Assembly (NCBI GenBank): GCA_000993685.1
Contig: LBWP01000002.1
Location: forward strand, 7,993-71,992
Length of the DNA stretch: 64,000 nt
Direction of reading: 5' to 3'
From: Candidatus Woesebacteria bacterium GW2011_GWA1_39_21
GTDB taxonomy: Bacteria; Patescibacteriota; Microgenomatia; UBA8517
The notes beneath the pieces were generated by a model. That model was given only the letters and a program-made list of their open reading frames with translations, made no database searches and was not told where the DNA came from. Below are positions 57,054 to 64,000 of this stretch, in pieces. Numbering within the stretch: position 1 is the stretch's first letter; every line of letters starts with the position of its first letter. A program made the position numbers and the translations under genes.

Positions 57054-58019
57054 ATGTCGTATCTTCTTCTAGCACTAATTGTTATTTTTTCCGTCGTTTT
57101 GATTAAGTCGGCGGACATGACGGTTGTTGGGTTGCGGAAAGTGACAGGGCGGGCGCATTTAATTGGTCTGACCGCGATCATTGTTGCAATTGGAACATCT
57201 TTTCCGGAATTCTTCGTAGCGATTACATCTGCGATCGAAAATAAACCACGTTTATCTTTGGGAGTTGCACTTGGCTCGAATATCGCCAATATTGCCCTCA
57301 TTGGTGCCGGATCAGCAATTCTTTCCGGTAGGGTCTCAATTTCCGAAAAGGTGATGAATAAAATTGTCTGGATTAGTTTAATTTGTGGAATGCTTCCATA
57401 CGCTCTTCTTTTAGACGGCAGTCTAAGCAGGGTAGATGGAATTATTATGCTTTTAGTTTATGCGGCATACATCCTTAGTTTTTTCCGACAATATAACGAA
57501 CGGGCGCAGGAGGAATACCAAAAAGGCATCTCGTTTACAAAATTAATTCGTAAAATTGAGCATTTTGCGGAAGATAAATGGAGGAGCATCGCGGCAATTT
57601 TTATTGGAATTTCTTTAATGCTTTTTTCTGCAGACACGATCGTCAAGTTTTCGAACCTTTTAGCCGAAAGGGTCAACATTCCGATTTTTGTGATCGGACT
57701 TTTTATCTTGGCGATCGGAACGTCGCTTCCCGAGTTTGCATTTTCTTTAAGATCGCTAAAAGATCATGAGCCACAGATGTTTATTGGAAATCTTTTGGGG
57801 TCAGTGGTTGCCAATACGACTTTAGTCATCGGAACATCTGTCTTGATTAGTCCAATATATTCGCTTAATGTTTCAAGTTATCTAGTCCCAGGTTTAACTT
57901 TTGTTGCCGTTTATCTTCTTTTTTATTACTTCATCCGAACAAAAAGTAGATTGGAAAGATGGGAAGCCGGGATTTTACTTTTAATTTACATTGTGTTTTT
58001 TTTGATAGAATTAAGGTAG
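57054..58019 (+). CDS. Na+/Ca2+ exchanger (CaCA family, YrbG-like)
   Basis: Two alpha-repeats carry GTSFPEF and GTSLPEF. About 10 TM helices are predicted. Confidence 0.85.
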   Translation: MSYLLLALIVIFSVVLIKSADMTVVGLRKVTGRAHLIGLTAIIVAIGTSFPEFFVAITSAIENKPRLSLGVALGSNIANIALIGAGSAILSGRVSISEKVMNKIVWISLICGMLPYALLLDGSLSRVDGIIMLLVYAAYILSFFRQYNERAQEEYQKGISFTKLIRKIEHFAEDKWRSIAAIFIGISLMLFSADTIVKFSNLLAERVNIPIFVIGLFILAIGTSLPEFAFSLRSLKDHEPQMFIGNLLGSVVANTTLVIGTSVLISPIYSLNVSSYLVPGLTFVAVYLLFYYFIRTKSRLERWEAGILLLIYIVFFLIELR

Positions 58020-58106
58020 TCCCGGTTGGATAGCACAAAGTGCATCCAACGGGATCCCGTGAGATAGCTTGAAAAGCTTATCTCACTGGGAGGGGGTGAG
58101 TAAGTT

Positions 58107-58442
58107 ATGGCTGATGATAAAAAAGGTGTAACAGGTCTTCCCAAAAATACGGCAGGGGCACTGTCTTATGTTTTAGGGCCCTTATCAGGAGTGGTTTTTC
58201 TGATTCTCGAGAAGGATCCGTTTGTTAAATTTCACGCAATGCAGTCGATTGTTGTTTTTGGAGTGATCTTTATATTGCAGTGGGCTTTTGCAATAACAAT
58301 TTTCCTTGCTCCTTTAAGCGGTCTTTTAGCAATATTGGCTTTTGTGGCGTGGCTAATGCTAATTTATAAAGCGTGGAGAGGTGAAGAGTGGGAAGTTCCG
58401 CTTTTGGGGAAATACGCAAGAATATTTGTTAAGAAGGTCTAA
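58107..58442 (+). CDS. small membrane protein (DUF4870-like)
   Basis: The sequence ALSYVLGPLSGVVFLILEKDPFVKFHAMQS is followed by TM helices. Confidence 0.4.
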   Translation: MADDKKGVTGLPKNTAGALSYVLGPLSGVVFLILEKDPFVKFHAMQSIVVFGVIFILQWAFAITIFLAPLSGLLAILAFVAWLMLIYKAWRGEEWEVPLLGKYARIFVKKV

Positions 58443-58595
58443 ACGGTTTGCTGATGGTGAGTAAGGTGGGACGGGTCATTCGCCGGATATTGTTTTGTCG
58501 GTTTTGAAGTAAGCACTAAGACTGACAGCTGATTATTTTTAAGAATACTGCATAAACCTCTGAAAGAATCTGACTGCTTAAAAAGTCGGGAAAAG

Positions 58596-59267
58596 ATGAT
58601 TAAAACCATCAGGGATGAGTATGGTTTAGTCTCCCCGCAAGTGCTTGGTGTAATGTTGAAAGTTCCACGGCACGAATTTGTCCCAAAAGGGTTTCAAAAA
58701 GTTGCTTACGAAGACAAGCCGATCGAAATTGGTTTTGGGCAGACGATGAGCCAACCTTACACTGTTGCAATGATGACACATCTTGCAACAGAAATTCCAA
58801 ATACCAAATACCAGTTTTCAAACAGATTGCAAAATACAAATAGAACGAGTGGTAAGATAAAAAGACGTAAAGTTTTGGAAATTGGAACAGGGTCGGGTTA
58901 CCAGGCGGCGCTTCTGTCTTATTTTTTTGACGAGGTTTATACAATAGAAATCATTCCCCAATTGTCGGAATTTGGTAGAAACAATCTTTTCCGGTTGGGG
59001 TATAAAAATGTTTTCGTCAGAGAGGGAAGCGGAGAATACGGATGGAAAGAAAAATCTCCTTTTGACGCAATAATAATTACCGCCGCACTTGAGAAAGACC
59101 TACCGCCAGTTCTGAAAACCCAACTTGTTAAAGGTGGAATTTTAGTGGCCCCGATTGGACCGCGGTATTCGCAGGTTATGACCAGATTTGCGAGGTTAAA
59201 AAACGGGAAATTTAAAAAGGAGGAATTCCAGAAGTTTGTTTTTGTACCTTTTGTAAGAAACGAATAA
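58596..59267 (+). CDS. pcm: protein-L-isoaspartate O-methyltransferase
   Basis: The motif MSQPYTVAMM is present. SAM motif I is LEIGTGSGYQAALL. A ~25-aa insertion (IPNTKYQFSNRLQNTNRTSGKIKRR) sits between them. Confidence 0.85.
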   Translation: MIKTIRDEYGLVSPQVLGVMLKVPRHEFVPKGFQKVAYEDKPIEIGFGQTMSQPYTVAMMTHLATEIPNTKYQFSNRLQNTNRTSGKIKRRKVLEIGTGSGYQAALLSYFFDEVYTIEIIPQLSEFGRNNLFRLGYKNVFVREGSGEYGWKEKSPFDAIIITAALEKDLPPVLKTQLVKGGILVAPIGPRYSQVMTRFARLKNGKFKKEEFQKFVFVPFVRNE

Positions 59268-59344
59268 AAATCACCGATATCGTAGGGTGAAAATTATTTA
59301 AATCGGGGATTAACCTGACGTTTCAATTTTATTCAAACTGCGCC

Positions 59345-59376
59345 AAAACCGTGGACTCTTAGTACACGGATGAAAG
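59345..59376. repeat. hairpin-repeat element
   Basis: Sequence aaaaccgtggactcttagtacacggATGAAagg shares the AAAACC-hairpin-ATGAA architecture. Confidence 0.5.
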
Positions 59377-59479
59377 GAGGGAGCGATCAAATGGTTCTGC
59401 CAGCTCACCATCTTAAGTAAAAACTGAAGAACTTGTTAAGCCCAAAGGGCGAGAATACAGAGGGCTTTTCCTCGGTAGT

Positions 59480-59776
59480 TTATTTTCCAGGTTCAAAGGG
59501 GGTTATGATTTCAGCTATTACTTTAATTCCCGCTTTTCCCAACTGTCCTTCTTGCACTTTCAAAAATCCATCAACCGCCTTTTTATTTTCCGCCGGAGTG
59601 CCTCCATAGCGGCTACCGATAAATACACGTTTTATTTTATTCGTTTCAGTGGAAACAGCTCTGGGTGTGTTAAAAAGGTTGTTGGGATCTTCTATTATTG
59701 CTTCAAGCGTGACACCTAAACCTTCTTGTTCTTTTCCTGTTGAGATTCGGATTGGTGGATAAGTAGTTTTCGCCAT
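59480..59776 (-). CDS. hypothetical protein
   Basis: Only the ORF is seen. I recognise no motifs. Confidence 0.3.
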   Translation of the reverse strand: MAKTTYPPIRISTGKEQEGLGVTLEAIIEDPNNLFNTPRAVSTETNKIKRVFIGSRYGGTPAENKKAVDGFLKVQEGQLGKAGIKVIAEIITPFEPGK

Positions 59777-59828
59777 CTTTTATCACCCCTTTTTTAATTA
59801 AAACCGATTATAGTTTAAAATAGTTATT

Positions 59829-60389
59829 ATGCAACTAATAGTAGGACTTGGTAATCCAGGGGAGAGGTACAAAAATGCAAGACACAATACAGGGTTTTTA
59901 GTTTTAGAAAAAATAAAAACCGAATTAGCCAAATCGCAATTTTCAATTTCCAAACAAATAACAAATAACAATTTTCGGGAGGAAAACAGGTTTAAGGCCG
60001 AAGTATTGAAACTGGGCAATGTAATGTTAGCAAAACCCACAACGTTTATGAATGACTCCGGCCTTGCAGTTTCAAAAATCGCTAATTTTTATAAGATTGC
60101 TCTGGGTGATATCTACGTTATTCACGACGATTTGGACCTTCGTTTGGGCGAATACAAAATTCAAAAAGGAGTTGGTCCAAAACTGCATTACGGAATTGCG
60201 TCAATAGAAGAGAAACTTGGAAGTAAGGATTTTTGGAGAGTGCGGGTTGGTATTGACAGCAGAACGGTCGAAAACAGATTGTCTGGCGAAGAGTATGTTT
60301 TGCAAAATTTTAATGAGCAGGAAGAGGAAGTTTTTGAGGCGACTCTGGAAAGATTAACAGATGAGTTATTTAAAATGATTTTTAAGTGA
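59829..60389 (+). CDS. pth: peptidyl-tRNA hydrolase
   Basis: The N-terminal motif is LIVGLGNPGERYKNARHNTGF. The 186-aa length fits. Confidence 0.9.
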   Translation: MQLIVGLGNPGERYKNARHNTGFLVLEKIKTELAKSQFSISKQITNNNFREENRFKAEVLKLGNVMLAKPTTFMNDSGLAVSKIANFYKIALGDIYVIHDDLDLRLGEYKIQKGVGPKLHYGIASIEEKLGSKDFWRVRVGIDSRTVENRLSGEEYVLQNFNEQEEEVFEATLERLTDELFKMIFK

Positions 60390-60395
60390 ATTTAA

Positions 60396-60698
60396 ATGAC
60401 GGGTGCAAAAACATTTTCTACGGTCGGCGATGTTTTACAAAAATTCAATAAAAATGAAGACAAATACATCAGCCGCGAATTTCAGAAGTATGCTTACGGT
60501 CTTGCGAGAGAGTTGAATGATTTGGAACATAAATCGCTCTACATGAGATTGGCTAAAAATACCCCGAGGCCGCTTCTTGAAGTTGCTCGAAGTTTTGTCA
60601 AAGATGCTTATCAAGTAAAATCAAAAGCCAGATTGTTTATGTGGAAGCTTGCGAAGCTGAAAAGCGAGAAAGTTGACACACAAGAGGGGCGCAGGTAA
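60396..60698 (+). CDS. hypothetical protein
   Basis: Only the ORF is seen. Confidence 0.3.
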   Translation: MTGAKTFSTVGDVLQKFNKNEDKYISREFQKYAYGLARELNDLEHKSLYMRLAKNTPRPLLEVARSFVKDAYQVKSKARLFMWKLAKLKSEKVDTQEGRR

Positions 60699-60841
60699 TA
60701 ACCGAGAACTCTTATGTGGAAGCTGAGCGAGTTAAGACGAGCGAAGCGCTCACTCAAGAGGAGTTGAGCGAAGCGAAAATCTCTTATCTGGAGGTTAAAG
60801 AAATTGAAAGAAGAAAATAATTCTTAATTAGCTGTTTTTTT

Positions 60842-61810
60842 ATGTCTTTACAAGGTAATTGGGTAGATTTAGTAATAATCCTAGTTCTGCTGTATTTCTT
60901 TCTTGATTCTTTTAGACATAATTTTTTTGTCATTTTGATTGAGTTCCTTTCGTTTTTGATATCTCTTCTTTTGGGAATCCGTTTTTATAATCAGGTTGCA
61001 AAACTATTTTCTGTAAACTTTTCAATATCGACAACAGTTTCAAAGCCAGTCGGCTTTTTCATTACCGTTGCCATCACCGAGTTATTTGTTGCGGCCCTGA
61101 TGTTTTACATTTTGAAAAAACTTCCCGCATACATAAAAAATTTAAAGACACTCAAATATTATAAATTTATTGTTGGACTATTGGATGGTCTACTGATCAT
61201 CTCCTTTCTTATTCCATTGGTACTTTCATTTCCGGTTCCGACCTTGATTAAAGACAGTATTGCAGGTTCAAAAATCGGAAATTTTATTTACACCAACACA
61301 ATAGTTTTTGAGAGAAATTATAAAGATATTTTTGGGGGTGTAGTTGAAGAGGGGATGAATCTTTTAACCGTTAAGCCGGAAAGTAGCACCAGTGTTCCGT
61401 TAAATGTTAAGAGTGTAAGTTTAACGATTGATTATGAAAGTGAAAACAATATGGTTAATTTAGTTAATTTAGAAAGAAAAAAGGTTGACGTCGCGCCTTT
61501 GGCAGTAAGACCCGAGATAGTTGAAATTGCTAGAAACTACGCGAAAGAAATGTGGCAACGCAGTTATTTCTCCCACTACTCACCAGAAGGAGAAGATGTT
61601 GCCGACAGATTGGGGAAGGCAGGGGTTTCTTTCCGAGTGGTGGGGGAAAATTTAGCACTGGCTCCGACACTTCTTGTTGCACATACAGGGTTGATGAATT
61701 CCGAGGGTCACAAAAAAAATATTTTAGACGTAGCATATCGCCAAGTAGCAATTGGTGTAGTTGACAATGGGATTTACGGCAAGATTTTTGTGCAGATTTT
61801 CACCGATTAG
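60842..61810 (+). CDS. CvpA-like membrane domain fused to CAP/SCP (PR-1-like, YkwD-type) domain
   Basis: An N-terminal four-TM region is present. The C-terminal YFSHYSPEGEDVADRLGKAGVSFRVVGENLA...HTGLMNSEGHKKNIL is typical of CAP domains. Confidence 0.55.
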   Translation: MSLQGNWVDLVIILVLLYFFLDSFRHNFFVILIEFLSFLISLLLGIRFYNQVAKLFSVNFSISTTVSKPVGFFITVAITELFVAALMFYILKKLPAYIKNLKTLKYYKFIVGLLDGLLIISFLIPLVLSFPVPTLIKDSIAGSKIGNFIYTNTIVFERNYKDIFGGVVEEGMNLLTVKPESSTSVPLNVKSVSLTIDYESENNMVNLVNLERKKVDVAPLAVRPEIVEIARNYAKEMWQRSYFSHYSPEGEDVADRLGKAGVSFRVVGENLALAPTLLVAHTGLMNSEGHKKNILDVAYRQVAIGVVDNGIYGKIFVQIFTD

Positions 61811-61837
61811 AAACAGACGAAATCAACAAAAAAAATA

Positions 61838-62023
61838 TTAATCAATATCACACGGCTGTTTTAAAACGCAGGTTAAGTGTCCGTTATGTCCACAGGTTGT
61901 GCATGGACAAGTATTTCTGATGGTTGTTGATTCGGAAGAACCATAAACGATGGGTGTTTGCATTTGGTTGACACTCTTGTCCTGATCCGTAATCTGTTCG
62001 ATTATTACACTTTCTGTTGCCAT
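61838..62023 (-). CDS. small Cys/Thr-rich peptide (61 aa); candidate secreted or modified peptide, or mini zinc ribbon
   Basis: The sequence MATESVIIEQITDQDKSVNQMQTPIVYGSSESTTIRNTCPCTTCGHNGHLTCVLKQPCDID is encoded here. A strong SD (aagggggtg) lies 6 nt upstream of the ATG at 62023. The track ORF 61838-62143 would overlap the upstream gene. Confidence 0.4.
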   Translation of the reverse strand: MATESVIIEQITDQDKSVNQMQTPIVYGSSESTTIRNTCPCTTCGHNGHLTCVLKQPCDID

Positions 62024-62063
62024 ATTTTTCACCCCCTTTTTCTTTTTGGCGGATTTGTCAGTT

Positions 62064-63110
62064 TTAAAATCTGTTATCGACATCAAGGACGTGAATTTTT
62101 TGACCAATCCCACCTTCTGGAATTTGATAATCTCGAATCTCAACTACAGAACCTTCACCAAAAATATTGTTTGCTCTTTCAACAGCCTCCTGAATTAGAA
62201 ATTTGTCCTGATTCAGAGTTTTAAGGATTACTGCTGCGGTTTTAAAATTAATATTGTTAAAAGAAAAAGTTGTTTGGTTGAGTGATTTTACCGGATGTTT
62301 CGGCTCTCTCAACCCTTTTAGAACTGTATTGATGTCGAAGGAGTAAGAATTTTCGTATTTGAATAAATCTTCAAAATTTGGAGTGTTAATTTGTATGGAT
62401 GGGATTAAACTGTCTGGGTTGTCCAGCTCACGAGCATGTAGAATTCCTGTTCCGATGTTTAGTTCTGCACCAGATTCTGATTTTCTGACTTTAATATGAT
62501 AAGCTTGGGTTTGTAGTAATTCATTATCGTCGTGGATCATTAAAAAGGTATCGTCTGGTACTCTTTTGACAAAATCGCTGATTGAATTGAGTTTTATGCT
62601 CTGGCCGTTTTCCTTTAGAATTAATTTTCTTTTGTCTTCTTCAATATTGATGGCTAAAAGCATTGGTTCCGAAACACTAACACCATTGTGGTTAGCGCCA
62701 TTTCTATTTTGATAGGGTCTGGCGGTTCTAACCACCAGGCTATTTGCTGGAGGAAGGCCAAGTCCTTGGTTTATCTGATTTGATAAATGAAGAATTTTTA
62801 TAAAGTCCTTTTCGTTCATTGCACGAACTATTTGTGAGTCGATGACGGTCGTTGCCAAGCCGTTTAAACCAGCCTCGTTAATTTGTAAGCGTTTTTTAAT
62901 TTTGTTTGGCAGGATGTTGATATACAACCTTAGGCTTTCTGGAATATTTTTCGCAATAATAATACTATTTTTATTCAGCTGATGGCAGGACTCTGGAGTT
63001 GTGTTTTCGACTTTTCCGTAACCAAATTCTTTCATAATATCGTGAATAATATTTGAATTTTGAACTTGATTCATTGACAGTCCTGTCAATGAAAGCTTAT
63101 TTCCAGGCAC
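62064..63110 (-). CDS. hypothetical 348-aa protein
   Basis: The long ORF is co-directional with the peptide gene and 40 nt upstream of it. I recognise no motifs. Confidence 0.4.
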   Translation of the reverse strand: MPGNKLSLTGLSMNQVQNSNIIHDIMKEFGYGKVENTTPESCHQLNKNSIIIAKNIPESLRLYINILPNKIKKRLQINEAGLNGLATTVIDSQIVRAMNEKDFIKILHLSNQINQGLGLPPANSLVVRTARPYQNRNGANHNGVSVSEPMLLAINIEEDKRKLILKENGQSIKLNSISDFVKRVPDDTFLMIHDDNELLQTQAYHIKVRKSESGAELNIGTGILHARELDNPDSLIPSIQINTPNFEDLFKYENSYSFDINTVLKGLREPKHPVKSLNQTTFSFNNINFKTAAVILKTLNQDKFLIQEAVERANNIFGEGSVVEIRDYQIPEGGIGQKIHVLDVDNRF

Positions 63111-63206
63111 AGAAGTGATATAATCGCTTAAGTTGCTAACAAGTCTTTCAAGGGCGCTTCAAAAATACTATTTCCGAAAAGGGAATCGGATTATTTTCTC
63201 CAACGG

Positions 63207-64000
63207 AATGTCATTAAATAAACTTGCTTTGGAAATGTGGGAAAGGCTGGGCTGTTCTGGTGTTGACCCAAGTGTATTATCTAAATCGCTTAGTGGGCAA
63301 CGGTTGTTAACATCTACCCAACTGGACATATTATGTAAATCCTTGAGGTTATCTAAAACAGAGAAACACAAGTTAAATGAGAATCTCAAGAAGGACATCT
63401 TAGATAGGTATGATTTGAAATACGTCGATGAAGACAGTGGCTCGAGTCAGAACGTGGCTCTACTCGAATTGGGGCTGAAATCCGCCAAGGATTTTATGAA
63501 AAAAGGACAGCCAAAATATACGTTAGGGTATATTGATTCTTTAGTTGATATTATTGCCAATACAAAAAAAAGTTGTGGGCAAAGAAATATCGAAAGAATC
63601 GATACTATTTCAGCAGAATTATATGTCGAATATATGGACTGTATGTATAGTGTTGTCAGCGAAAAAGAAATATTTAATCGATCGAAGTACCCCCTGAGAG
63701 TAATACGGGGAGTAGGAGAAAAATACAAGAACGAGAAATTAATAAACAGTTATTATTCGCTTTTGGCGAGTACGTATTATATTGGGAAAAACCCCGGTAA
63801 AACAATTCCTTGTGTGTATAAACACATGGATGTGGATAAAATTGACGATTTTCAAAAAATGACGGCTTTAAGGGCAGCGTTGATTTCTAGTGGACAAATT
63901 GGTAGAGGAGATCTTGTAAAACATAATTATCAAACGCTAATTGACTTGTCAAAGGATTGGAGCGATTCATACAAAGTTAATGTTTATGATGGGGTAGCTA
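63207..64000 (+). CDS. hypothetical protein with N-terminal XRE-like HTH (partial; continues past window end)
   Basis: An open frame runs from ATG 63207 to the window end with no stop. It is absent from the track because it is incomplete. The N-terminus LNKLALEMWERLGCSGVDPSVLSKSLSGQRLLTSTQLDILCKSL is HTH-like. Confidence 0.4.

Noticed and set aside
63168-63728. Minus-strand track ORFs 63168-63398 and 63447-63728
   Set aside because: They are antisense to a longer uninterrupted + strand frame (63207 to window end) with an HTH-like N-terminus. The + frame is preferred.
1-64000. CRISPR arrays, rRNA genes, large tandem repeats
   Set aside because: No regularly spaced direct repeats and no rRNA-like conserved stretches were seen on either strand.

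Overview
This is an AT-rich window of about 64 kb containing roughly 60 genes. The gene content suggests a small-genome, CPR/Patescibacteria-like bacterium; this is an inference from an RRM protein, an ATP-dependent DNA ligase, class II RNRs and many GT-C-like membrane proteins, not a database result. Recognisable housekeeping genes include dnaG-rpoD, efp-epmA, a zur-znuCB metal-uptake operon, two class A PBPs, trpS, ftsH, a standalone PolI-type 5'-3' exonuclease, a GT4 glycosyltransferase, mutM, recF, a divergent purA, a Fic protein, an ATP-dependent ligase, a Na+/Ca2+ exchanger, pcm and pth. The first 11 kb is a cell-envelope glycosylation cluster: four polytopic GT-C-like membrane proteins, a GT2 polyprenyl-phosphate glycosyltransferase and a SAM methyltransferase. 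A nrdR gene is followed by three tandem full-length class II (B12-dependent) ribonucleotide reductase paralogs and a PduO-type cobalamin adenosyltransferase. Two tRNAs are present: one with the unusual anticodon UAU (Ile) and one Met/Ile2 (CAU). Each has a truncated tRNA piece beside it, and together they bracket a ~4 kb segment carrying a Xer-like tyrosine recombinase. Three features look most novel. A ~51 nt hairpin-containing repeat is inserted in-frame into both trpS and the polA-type exonuclease. A dispersed family of 'AAAACC-hairpin-ATGAA' intergenic elements is present, and one copy supplies the start codon of recF. At the window end, a small Cys-rich peptide gene has a very strong RBS and sits beside a 348-aa protein of unknown function and a divergent HTH regulator. 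No rRNA or CRISPR array was seen.
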